A stretch of 63,395 nt of DNA, filler included, from Choristocarpus tenellus KU-1152 (taxonomy: Eukaryota; Protista; Phaeophyceae), in assembly GCA_964200185.2 (NCBI GenBank). It is 10 parts of 10 records of this genome, joined end to end, with 100 filler letters (N's around TTAATTAATTAA, not from the genome) between each part and the next. Parts side by side here need not be neighbours in the genome. Positions count along the whole stretch, not along the records: positions 39,363 to 43,698 come from CAXNAD020015055.1; positions 43,799 to 52,326 come from CAXNAD020004618.1; 8 more parts are not named here. One strand, 5' to 3'. Of the stretch, positions 40,669 to 52,426 are shown one piece after another. A program made the translations under genes and the position numbers. The notes beneath the pieces are model-generated. The model saw nothing but the letters and a program-made list of their open reading frames with translations, did no database searches and had not been told where the DNA came from. The first letter of the stretch is position 1. Each line of letters starts with the position of its first letter.

Positions 40669-40769
40669 TAAGAAGATGCTCCATTCTTGCATCCCTTCTC
40701 ATCCCAAGCATTTTGTGTGTAGTACATGGCAATGACTATATATCTCTACATCTTTTCTTCGTAGTTATG

Positions 40770-41340
40770 ATGAAATATACGAAACAGGTCCACCAACGCA
40801 CACCGATGGTGAAGCGTCTAGGTCAACTCTGCAAAGGAATTGGGTTTCCCTTGCACTATGGAGGACGGTAGCCCATTCACAATGAACCAGAATTTTCGCA
40901 TAGATGTGGTCTTCTGGGTGACTTGTGGATATCGGATCAGTCCCCTACCAGGACCAAGGCCTCCTCCTAGATATTACTTTTAAAGAAGTGCAAGCAGCCT
41001 CCGATATATCCCACTCATCCACCAGCAATGGCGTAGCTGCTGCTACTGCTGAGTTGTGAAGGTACACCCACTACGAGGGTTCTTTTGACCCCCTCGTAGT
41101 TTTAACCTCAGCACCATTGTGGTGGAAAGTTTGGGCACGACGGTGTGTAAACAGAACCTTTTCTGTATAAGTTGGCTACACAAGCGGGAGGGGGGAGAGG
41201 GGCGGGAGGCTACAATAGGAAAGGACCTGTCAAATACCGTCTACGACAGATAGTGTCTGTCGCAACACAAGTGACTCTATCAAGACTTATCATGTGTTTT
41301 AACCTGTCAGATTCTTGGGATGCTTCTCTAGCTCCTCGCT
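40770..41340 (+). mobile_element. Non-LTR retrotransposon 3' remnant (CRE-like restriction-like endonuclease region)
   Basis: LGFPCTMEDGSPFTMNQNFRIDVV and gagggttcttttgacccctcgtagttttaacctc are homologous to 58430-59050. Clade assignment is from recall of R.D endonuclease motifs. Confidence 0.55.
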
Positions 41341-41486
41341 CTGTGGTATAGGGGTAACTAGGTTGGAGGCATCCTAGTAGGGGAGTGGTGTAGCATACCT
41401 GGTAATCAAATAGTAAATAGATTAGAGATATCTTTCACATGTACGACAACTTTTACTTTTACAGGGCTCCGTATAATATTGAATTG

Positions 41487-41697
41487 GAGGGAAAGTATCT
41501 TATGAGGGTACTAGTTTAGCCCTATTTGTCCGTTTGGAGCCTGGCTTCCCACGTTTTTTTTTACAATATGCAAAAGGTGTGTCTGGAACAAGGATATTGA
41601 CACTTCCTCACAAACAAGATAGCCAAAATTACATCAAAATCGCAACATTGGATTTTGACCCTTAAACGTGGCTCTACCCTCTAAGATACTATGTTTC
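41487..41697 (-). mobile_element. MITE family B, internally deleted inverted copy
   Basis: gagggaaagtatcttatgagggta ... gctctaccctctaagatact. Confidence 0.8.
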
Positions 41698-42430
41698 TTG
41701 ACTTTTCCCCTGGCACATCTGTAAAATGTCAAAGGGTATAATATTTTAACTATGTGGAAAGCAGGTTTGTCTGATATCGTACCCTTATGTCCGTATGTCA
41801 TATACCGTCATACCGATTGAGGTTCTTTTCTGAGAACTTCATTTCAATTGTGTCGAGGATCTTGGGAAGGATAGGTTTCGGTTCTTACTTCCCGTAAAAT
41901 CTCTTCTTGAACACGATTTTTCTAACACGGATTTTCCATCTCTGAAGGGATTATTTTGTGAAACTCATCCTAACCGTGATTCTCCCCACTTCCTCAATCG
42001 GCACAATTTTATACAAGTTCTTGCAGTCTTGAACCTGCCTTTCTTTATCTTTGTCCTCTCAGTTACGGTTTGTCTTGGTCCGTCTGGTCTGTCATTTCTG
42101 GTGATTATCTTTATCACCCTTGCCTCAGTGAACCACGCCACAACAGAATCATACAAATTTCAAATATACTGTATTAGTAGTATGGTTACAAAGATTATTA
42201 CTACTTCCAGTAACACTACTATTACTATTTTTACTATTATGCCCTCCGACATTTGTAGATACGTCAGGGGGGAAACCCGTGAAAACTAATCATATTTCAG
42301 TATAATAAGCCCTACTAAGGAAATAAAATGTCATAAACGTGAAAGACACTATCTATTTGTTACTTCACCACTATCAATGTTGTGCTATACCACAAATTCG
42401 CCCGACCAACATCAAGGTGGAAAGACTTTA

Positions 42431-42527
42431 GGCTCACAGTATCTGGGGGGGGGTGGCGGCTGTCCATTTGGGGCCCATTATTCAATGTCGCGAGTTTTAG
42501 GTGATTTGGTTGAATGCGTCGGATGGA
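42431..42527 (-). mobile_element. MITE family A, half copy fused to a copia fragment
   Basis: ggctcacagtatctggggggggg tggcggctgtccatttgggg...gaatgcgtcggatgga; family A similarity then stops. Confidence 0.75.
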
Positions 42528-43667
42528 AAATTTGCGGGGAAATAGGACATCAAAGCTTCGCATGTCCGCAAAGAAAATCGGGATCGTCAAGGGGTCTGGA
42601 ATCTTCGAACATCCAGAAGAAGAAGAATCGGATGGGGGGGAATGGTTCAAAGAACAAAGGAGGAGGACCAAAATTGGATGGATCTGGCGAAGGACAACCA
42701 AGATTTGCAGGTTTTCCAGTAACCAATCAAATGAGTTATCTTGCTTGTTGTAGGGTAAATCACTTCTCTTCAAGAGACATCATGGGTTGAGGTTTAGATT
42801 TGGGACAGTGGAGCCACACATGATTTTACAACGACCAATAAATCATGTTTAATTGGGAATCTTGTGATGATGGAACAGTTGCAGTTGGAGGTGGTGGAAC
42901 ACTTGACATTGTGGGGAAGAGGGACATCAAATTGGAATGTGTTCTAAGTGGTAAACTGGAGACTGTTGTATTCACTAACGTACTTGTGGTGCCTAATCTT
43001 GATGTGAACTTGTATTCTGCCAAGGCTTGCATGCGAGATATTCACAGTTTCCGCGTCCGGTCTTTCGACTCCACTAGAATCTCAACTTTTAGTGACAACG
43101 GGGAAAGAAATCTCACCTTCACGTCATTGGGGGAGGAGGAATTTTTCTCCCTAGGGATGCGTAGAGTCAGTGATGAATGACTCCGATTCTGCTAATGTCC
43201 CTACCACTGATGCAACCTCCGTTTCTGGCATACCAAGAATTAACTTGACGCGGAAAACTGCATCGAGGGATGTGAATGAGCTGCACACGCGATTAGGTGA
43301 TGTTCATCAGGGGTTGGACAGAAAATACGCTTCGGCGCAGAACATTTTGTTAACTGGAATATGGGGGCCATCTTGTCGAGGTTGCCCGCTCGGCAAGGGT
43401 CATAGGCATCCAATTCCAAAGGAGATGGAGAATCGTGCTTCTGTAAAGGGGGAAGATATTTATGCGGACTCGACTGGAACGAACTCAACGTCAGAGGAGG
43501 AGGTTGTGATGTCTGATGATCTCGCCCAGGAGGGGGCTAGAGGAGTCGATTTCGCACAGGATGAAACTGGAGGTATCGACCTAAACTACGCTGGGGCTAG
43601 AGATGTCGATTTCACTCAAGAGGGGAGTGGAGGCGATGTCGATTGTGGAGGATCGATGTTTGACGCT
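42528..43667 (+). mobile_element. Ty1/copia gag-protease-GAG-pre-integrase fragment (pseudogenised)
   Basis: Zinc-knuckle remnant ICGEIGHQSFACP; protease WDSGAT (42801-42818) followed by VAVGGGGTLDIVGKRDI...TNVLVVPNLDVNLYS; HHCC-like ELHTRLGDV...CRGCPLGK. Frameshifted and truncated at the integrase start; followed by another family A end at 43668. Confidence 0.85.
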
Positions 43668-44671
43668 GGCTCAAAGTATCTGGGAGGGGGGGGCGGCTNN
43701 NNNNNNNNNNNNNNNNNNNNNNNNNNNNNNNNNNNNNNNNNNTTAATTAATTAANNNNNNNNNNNNNNNNNNNNNNNNNNNNNNNNNNNNNNNNNNNNAA
43801 ATCCTCCCAAATTTCTTCCCCCCTACTCAAAGAATTATTAAAAAAAAAAAATTTTTTTTAAAAGGCCCCCCCCCCCCCCCCCCCCTTGGGCTTGGATGTT
43901 CACTCCTCCTTTTACCTTCCTTACTTCATCTACAATCTGTTCTACACAATAAGGACTTAATCGAGTCATTTACATACACAAGTCTTGGAAACAACAGCTT
44001 CTTTAACAGGAGTTCTACTTCGTTCCTTCAACGGTGCTTTGAAGAAAGCACCACCTTGTGGGCGACAGAGTATTTCCTATCTTCAACGATGAACTATTAA
44101 ATTATCGAAGTCATACTTGTATCCTCCTCCGACATAAACACATGAACCAAAAAGAGGTGCAGGTGCACAACCACATGCACTTCACTCTATGCATGGCAAG
44201 TTCCTCCATGGTCCAGCATTGCTTCATACATCAATCCATTGCAGCATGTGCTTCATACTGCCACAAGACACTGTCACACATTATTGCGAGGAGTAGGTGG
44301 GCGTTTGTGGCTGAGCTCTGTTGAAGAAGCGCAATAGCAAGGCCTCAACAACACCGAGAAAAACAGCCAGAACATTTGTACCAGAGCTGAATATTTTTTG
44401 AGACGAAATATGTTTGTTGGTAAATGTGTCCAGGAAGTAGTGCCTAAGATGCTAAACTACTAAAAAAAAATGGATAGAGTTGTTCTACAAAGTGCTCCCG
44501 AAAGAGGAGAAATCCCCCAGAAATCTAAGCAAATACAACCAAATGTTTTGTACCTTAGATAACAAAAATGTGTTCATAAAAAGAGGATGGTGACTCTCAA
44601 AATAGGGTGGGGGCGTTCACAGGACCTGGGGAAACTGCCCTCTGCCATCAATAAACCAACACACACAGATG

Positions 44672-47301
44672 TCAACTGCATTGCAACTGCTTGCTGCGCT
44701 CCCCCCTTGCCCTACCCCCAACAGAGTGAAAGGCCAGAGAAATGTAATTTACCCTGGTCTTCACCTGCCTCGGATATATTTTATCCACCTCTCCTCCCTC
44801 CCCCAGCGCTGTTTTGGCCTGCGCTGTGGCAAGAAGAGCCTTCTTTGAAACCGCATGTTGCACTCGTGTAAAACCTGTCAGTTGTGTCGGTGCTATCTCT
44901 TCAGGAGCTCCCCGGCTCACAAGCACTGAAGCAATCGAGTGTGATACACCAGGAACATCTGGAGCAGCCAGGAGTGAAGTGTGCACAGTTCACGTTATCA
45001 ATGGTAGGAGCAAAATTGGCGGAGAATCATTGGAGGGGAACACAATCCAACAACAGTACAAGTATCAAAGAGTTGATCTTTTTGAAGACTTTCTATTGGA
45101 GGGGGAAGGGGTCTGAATCCTGAAGTAAGCACGTTGTCACAAACACCCCTCTCAGCCTCACCCTCATATACAACAAAGTCGGCACCATATGTGCTCCCCA
45201 CCGCGATATAGAAGCCCTTCTCCCACAGGTCTTCAAACACAACAACTGCCAACCTCTGGTCTGGTGTTGTTGGATAAGACCAGTGTTCCTTGAGAGAGTC
45301 AGTGCCCTGACGAATGTGCAGGCAAGGCCAAGGGTAGTATAAGGCTGAAAATGGCCATAGAAGAAGAGATTAGGTGAACAGGGAAAGGGGGGTATGATAC
45401 CACATTTACTTATCTTGGGAAGGTGCTACATCTTTGCAGTAATGTCATGACACCGAGGAAGGTGGCTTCCAACTAAGAAGCGTCCCTACTTTACAACTGT
45501 ATTTTTTTTCCATTACTCTCCTGATTGAAACATGTATACAGACCGTGGTTCTATTTACAGTAGCAAACTCAACTCAAGGTCTTGTAGAGTACTGATCTCT
45601 TGTGGAACCAAACATAGGTGTAGTGTGGGATGTAGGTGGAGTGGCACTCAATGGGTCAAGTGCAAATGGAGTTTGCTGTTGCGGAATGCTGGGGCTTGGG
45701 GTGTCACAAAGAAGACAAAAATTCTGATGCACAGGCTCTCATTCCCCTTGTCATTGACCACCTAACCCCTCACAGCTTGAAATTCATGGCACTCCACGAG
45801 AGAGAGAGAGGAGGCTGTCTAGCTGAGGTCAAAATCTTTTCAGCAAACGATCTTGGAAGCTTAAACAACAATATATCTTGAAAAGATGAAAGCTAATCAC
45901 GTAACAGATTGCAGATTAGCAGATCTTAATGCAGTTGCATAGGTGTATATCATCAGAAAGGGAGCACTTGGTCAAATATGCTCAGTGGGAGGGACAGGCT
46001 ATGTCTGCAGCCAAGAAATTGTTGTGGTATCGATATGTAAGCAGATACATGCAGCTGCAGTAATGAGTTGTGCCAAAATGATGGCGTGAAGAATGTTGCA
46101 GGACAGTTAGCTCTAACTGCCTCAACGCAGCAACACATAGACAATTTCATTGGCGCAAAAAGTTGAATTTCAATCCATCCTACCTTCCAAGAGAATACTT
46201 TGTCTGTTTCTTCTCAATAAAATACACTCTACACAACCAGCAATAGTGACATAAGCTTCCCCCCCTCGCCCTCCCCATGTACTCTTGGTCACCTCTCCAG
46301 AACATAGATGTGGAACTGGAGAGGCACTACAATATAACATCATATTTTGCAACCTTTTACCCCTGTAACAGTGTCAATCAGCATTCTGGGTAACTTCAAA
46401 ACCGGACCTTCTTTATGCACTGCATCTCCTCAACATATGCAACAGCATGGGCAACACACACACAAAAATGAACAAAAGGAAATACTTACTATGAATTGAG
46501 CTCCTCCATACGCGTCCTGGCCATTGCCAACAATAATATCAGTAATCCCTGCCAAGCGAGGGTGGCCAACGTACGCATCTACTAATCCCTTCTTTAAGAC
46601 CAGCGTTGCCTGCTCTGGTGAGAGCGTGCATGGGAAGGTCTTCTCTGGTGACTTGTTTTGGGCACACCTGCAGGTCAGGTATCTGGAATGTTGCAGATTA
46701 ATCCACTTCATCCTGTTAGGATTCAGGTGAGTGATTGTGGTGCTTCAGGCCAATAGAGGAAAGACCAGTTACCTCACTCCAACTGGACTCGAGCAGATGC
46801 GATGCTTAGCCAACAGGACTGCCGCGGAATGGGCTTCCCAAATAAATGCCCCATCGTTCACGAGGTAAAGTCTTGGGCGGAATTCGGACTCGTCCTGAGA
46901 AGGGAATAAAGGACGAGTAACAAGTTGACTCAAAATTCGTCAACACTATTCTTCCTCCACCCAGATTGACAGGCTCAAGCAATCGGTCCACCAGCCCAAA
47001 ACTTGAAGCAGCAGGCCCAGCAGCGCGTCTTGCACGTCTATAGACGGAAATGATTTTGTGGCGTAAGCGAGAATTTAGTAGTTGGGGCAACGCATAGAGC
47101 CGACTCAAACTTCCTTGTAATGATATCAGGAATATGAGAGAATCTCACCTTTGGCTTTACCTCTGACCGATCTTTGACAATAAAACGCTGAGTTGTAGCG
47201 TCCCATACCGCCACCTTGCCCTCCGGAACGGACACAGCGACAGGCGGGGCTGTTTCTGTACTGATGTCCACATTTCGACTTGGATCACTCATACCCTTCA
47301 T
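44672..47301 (-). CDS. TSEN34: tRNA-splicing endonuclease catalytic subunit Sen34
   Basis: Minus-strand exons 47301-47149, 46894-46773, 46667-46490, 45306-45162 and 44958-44672 are phase-compatible GT-AG. Motifs: FIWEAHSAAVLLAKHRI, PCTLSPEQATLVLKKG, WSYPTT...VFEDLWEKGFYIAVGSTYGADFVVY, SHS and VSKK (Tyr/His/Lys triad). Extra exons in 45307-46489 cannot be excluded. Confidence 0.85.
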
Positions 47302-47499
47302 AACTCTACAAATAGTTCATGTAATAAACAACAATCGACATCTCCACGCGCATCACTCCGCGATACAAAACAAACTCCATACACCTCAATCCGCAACATA
47401 ACCCCAAAATCTCTCCCGTCTTTGTCATTGCGCATAAGTCAAGAGAACACCATCAATGCCAAGATCACAAAGAGTGCAAGAGAGACTCGTTTAGTTCAG
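47302..47499. promoter_or_regulatory. Compact bidirectional promoter region (TSEN34 / BolA)
   Basis: Only about 200 nt between divergent ATGs; CpG retained. Confidence 0.5.
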
Positions 47500-48016
47500 A
47501 TGACGCTATGTGGGTTGATAGACGAAAAACTTCGGCGGGAGCTCAAGCCCGTCCACCTTGAGGTTGGTCAAATATAAATGTTAAGTATAGTGGAATGAGC
47601 CAACCCAATCACTCAACTATGCGGTGCTGTATAATTTCAGGGTCAAGCTGGGCCATCCTCTCGAAATTCAATACTTGATATTGCTTATCTTGTCCCCACT
47701 CCTTGCCTCTAGTGGGTAATTTTTGAACTCCTTACTGCTTGGCAACCAACCTCCCATGCAGGTAATCAACGAGAGTGAAATGCACAATGCTCCACCTGGG
47801 GCAGAGTCGCATTTGAAGGTGGTAGTGGTTTCTGAATCTTTCGAAGGGAAGCATCTCCTTGCACAACATCGCATGGTCAATGATGTGCTTCGGGAGGAGC
47901 TGGTAGACGCTATCCATGCTCTTTCCATCAGTACCAAGACCCCAGCTAAATGGAACGCTGCAGGGGGGAAGACGGTAGAGCCCTCACCGAAGTGTGCTGG
48001 AGGAATGCATCGATGA
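47500..48016 (+). CDS. BOLA1: BolA family protein (BolA1-like), 2 exons
   Basis: Exon 47500-47562 MTLCGLIDEKLRRELKPVHLE and exon 47762-48016 VINESEMHNAPPGAESHLKVVVVSESFEGKHLLAQHRMVNDVLREELVDAIHALSISTKTPAKW...SPKCAGG; classic BolA motifs. Confidence 0.93.
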
Positions 48017-50549
48017 TGGAGATGTCTATATTAGGTGGTAGAGGACAAAAGATTGGCCCGTCTGTTTTGGCATGGTCTGTAACATGCATGCTTGAGGATG
48101 GCGAATATTCCAAGTTTGTGGGGACACTGGAATTCGTTTCGTGGTGGTTATTTCAAGGTTTGACAGAATAAGTTCATACAGGCCTATAAACAGTAAATAC
48201 AACGAATGTCGAGCAATTGTTTGGTACAAGTTCCTACCACCCCTCGGCAGTAATTCCTTTTTAATTTATCACCTCGCAGCAATATATGGTTGATTTCAAG
48301 TGAAGGTTGATAGAGGATGCACTGAAAAAGAGAGATGGAGAGGATGAGTTCTAACATGACAGTGGCAACGCTGAAGTCAGGTTGAAAATCAGGAAGACAG
48401 CGTCCCCCTACCTCAACATCAGAAAAATTGTCGATTGATCTGCCTCCCTGATGTTTACCCGATCATTTGTCTTCTTCCACTGATCATCCGTTATGTAGTA
48501 GGACATCCCTTCGTCCTATGTCAAATCACCTTCCCATGCTATAATGTGCGAGCACGTTTCTCACTCTGTATGACTGCCATGCAATCTTTATGGACATCAC
48601 AAATATCTTGTCATCATTTCACCAGGATGAGCAAGCTTGTCTGTTTTTGATAGCTGAGGCCTCTGAATTTATTACTCCACATGGCTCCCTGATAAACATT
48701 TTTTCATGTGTTGCGGTTATCCTCTCCGGAAAACCCACTTGTGGCAGACATGACCAGGGGGGAAATCTCAAGCAGTTCCAAGTGCTTCTCTTCTGGGATT
48801 GTGTTCAGTAGCAGTTGTGCTCATCAGAGTTCCTGTGATAAGCTGTTACGGGGTTTCATTGTGCTTTAATGTTACTATTGTTCATGGAGCTGGTAATGCT
48901 TGAAGAGTATCCTGGCGTGACCTACAGTTCAAAGCATGGACTTCGAGTGTTGATACCAGATTCAGTGGCCTAGTCAGTCATTCTTGCTCAGGTGTATGAC
49001 TTTGCCTCTGCAAACAAAGCACAATACAGTGCGTCCAGTATTTATATTTAATACCCTCCACAGTCCCCGGTAGCCATTTTGTACCATGTCCAGATCTGCC
49101 TTGCACACTGGTAGCTGGTCCTAGGTAATGGAGGAGGTAGTGTCCAATCGATACTTAGTAATTGAACACAAATTCCAGAAATGCTTGGATGTGCCCTTTG
49201 GTGAGAGGACAAGTCCACCAACATATGTCAAAAGGTAGTGTGATAATGCAACATGTGTAGAGGCATTGACATCCTAAGTGTACTGGAGGATGGCAGCCAA
49301 TTCACTATTGAGCAGAACTTCTGTTTAGATGTGATCATCCCTATCCCTGCAAGAACACTCTCCACAACTGATACTGCACCCTATCAGGGCAAAGTCGTCT
49401 TTCTGAATGTGGTCTTTGTAGAGGTAAGGGCCTGCTGTCACATGCAAGCATCGCTGTCAAACTAAAAGTGGTGCCAGTCATGATGCTGCAAGTTAAGACC
49501 CAGAACAGCAGCAACCTCAAGAGTGTGGTCTTGTGGTCCTTGTACATGGTTGTAATCCCAACCCCTTCACTATTAAGGTGGCACTTCAGTTGATCTGGTG
49601 GCACACAAGCAGAGCACTTTATCAATGAGTTGGCAACTCATGGTATGGGTGGTCCGAGAATCAGGAGGATTGACAAGAAGATGGCAGTAACCCTAAACAC
49701 CTATCAATAGTTTGGGAACACAAATGAGATCCAATCGCTAACCTTCCCTGATATCTTTAGTCCTTAGCTTCCGTAACCAAGTGGACTAGCAGTGAAGGAG
49801 GATACCATGCTGTCAATCTCTTCTTTTGACTGTTAAATCTCTAGCTCTTGTCATTGCTGCAGGAAATGGGATGCTCAATGATAGCATTGAGGTTTGTCAG
49901 CACTCATACTCACCAGTGCAAACCTCGGGGTGTGGCTTGGACATGTGCTCATTTTTCTGATTCAATTTGAAATGTGTGCATAGCACACCAAGCAAGGTAC
50001 AGGACGTTTTATCATAGCACACAGCTCAGAGCCTAAGTAAAGAAAAGGTACCCAATTTTTGGATGTTTTGCATTTCAAGACAGTATTTTAATCTTTTGCA
50101 ATTTACCTTTATTTCTATGGATGAAGTGCTAATATAGACTCAGGAAGGTTGATTTTTCTCTTGTTTCAACCTTTTGACACAACTCGGAAATATCCTGCAT
50201 GTATTTGGAAAAAAAAGCAGGTAGTTCCTGGCATTCTTAAAATGGAACTCTGTGTACCCCTCTCGTTTACTTTTGACTCTCATATGCACACATATATGTG
50301 AGAAAATAACCTACCATTCAAATAGTTCAATTCTTAAGCATTGTGCGTCAATACTATTTAATACCCACATGAGGGGACAAGAAGCGAAATACAAGGCAGA
50401 GAATATGACAGAAAAGAGAGCATGTATTGCTTGCAATTTTAGTAATGCATACTCCGGAATACAATACACAGCAGGTTACTATTTATAGCGATTATATGAA
50501 AGTGGTGTTAGTAACATTCGGAAATACCCGACAGAACACTCTGAATTAT

Positions 50550-50815
50550 AAGTCAAAGTATAGAGGGTAGAGCTGTGTCCGTTTGGGGACCAAAATCTAT
50601 TGTTGTGATTTGGATGTAATTTTGGCTATTGTGTTTGCTAGGAATTGTCAATATCTTTAGTCCAGACATATATACATAATACCCGCTCAAAAAACATGTA
50701 CATTTCACTACTCTGAACATTTTTGAATTGGAAAATGTCATAAAAAACCCGTGGGAAGCCAAGCCTCAAACGGACAAACAGGACAAAACTCATACCTTCT
50801 AAGATGTGTTCACTC
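50550..50815 (+). mobile_element. MITE family B, diverged copy, near-TSD TTAT/TTAC
   Basis: aagtcaaagtatagagggtagagctgtgtccgtttgggg ... ataccttctaagatgtgttcactc. Confidence 0.8.
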
Positions 50816-52197
50816 TTACGCTGCATTTCATACGCAACATAAGACTCCTGAACGGTGTCCACACCCAATGGATATAGACATCTTGCACCCCACCATACAT
50901 TACTTGAGTAGTGCTTCAAAGTACCTGTTTTCCATAAAACCCATAGCAATCAATGCATGAGGGAGAAGACAGGACGAACAAGGGAGAATACCAGCCTAAC
51001 AACAACAGAGTCTGTATTGTACTTGCTTACAAGAATTTCTATTCAACAGCAGTAGTGTAGTGGATGTTGAGTTATTCTTATATCATTATCTTACTTTGAG
51101 AAATATTGTTATCGTTGGGCCCCAGACGTTTCTTCATGAAGGCATTTTTTTGTATGTAAAAGGGAAAGGTGTGTGTGTGTGTGACTATAGTTAAGATATC
51201 CGCTGCTCTGCGTGTAGGGATAGCTTCTACTAACTTAGATTGGTTGAGGAACGACTTGTTGAGGAGGAATGGATCACCCTTTGAGTTTATTGCACTGGTC
51301 TTATAGACGCGAGGACACTGTGAACCCCAAACATAGTACCATATTTTTGGGACGACAATTTGAGACCAGATCGGAGATTCCCTCCAACCAGATATTGGAG
51401 GGGTTGGAGGATCAGTAATACGTAATATTGTACTTGGAACTTTACTGCCAATATACATACATACCGCTGATGATATATATCCAGTATACTCCATACCATC
51501 ATCAGTCTCTTTCACAGTCATATAGCTCCACCGGTGCTGACAATTTGTAGTTAGTAACCTTACCCCAAACGAGATCCTCCTGGGTGGCTGCTGGCTGCGG
51601 CTGGGTATGGTTGCTTTGACACAGATGCATGATTGTAGGGAATTGTTTACACATGCATTTTGGACGCATGGGTATATGGACCCCTAAATGGCACCAATCC
51701 CTTCACAGTTACACATTTTTCAAACAAAGTATGTGGTGGAAGAATAGAACCATTTGACTAATATAGTACCTACAAACATTTCAGTAGTTCAAACCCCATC
51801 TAAGTCAGACTTTGTTCGAGGAGACATTTTTTTAGTTACAAGGGAAGAGAGGAGTTGTCTGACGATATTTACAGATATCCACTGCTCCACATGTAGTGAT
51901 AGTTACTACTCAGTATTACCCTAGGACTGATAATTTTTGCGCACTTGTTTTAGTCATGAAGGCATAGGGACCCACAAACGAGATTCATCTAGGTGCTGCC
52001 AGGTGCTGCTGGTGATTGCTGGTTATAGTTGCTTTCATGCAGATGGGCCATTAGAGGTAGTTGTTTGGACATGTGTTTTAGATGTATGAGAGTATACAAA
52101 CTTCCAAACGAGATCCATCCGGGTAGTTGCTGACTCCTGGGCATTGTTCTTTCCACGCAGACAGATGAGTATAGGGAGTTTTTGTGCACATGTCTCA

Positions 52198-52326
52198 GAG
52201 TCAACGTATCTTAGAGGGTAGAACCGTGTTCATTTGGGGGTCAAAATCCAATGCTGCGAGACCCAAAGTATCTGGGAGGGGGGGGGGTCTACTCTAGAGT
52301 GTCCATTTGGACCAAAATCAGGAAAA
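52198..52326 (+). mobile_element. Truncated family B MITE with a nested family A MITE (A starts 52260), cut by the contig end
   Basis: gagtcaacgtatcttagagggta...aatgctgcga is joined to gacccaaagtatctgggaggggg. Confidence 0.8.
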
Positions 52327-52426
52327 NNNNNNNNNNNNNNNNNNNNNNNNNNNNNNNNNNNNNNNNNNNNTTAATTAATTAANNNNNNNNNNNNNNNNNN
52401 NNNNNNNNNNNNNNNNNNNNNNNNNN

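Noticed and set aside
46960-47040. Candidate extra TSEN34 exon (tatag...gtggag)
   Set aside because: In the required phase it contains a stop; the flanking exons already join in frame.
48300-50000. Suspected Ty3/gypsy remnant on the minus strand
   Set aside because: Only vague RNase H-like traces; no motif clear enough to support a feature.
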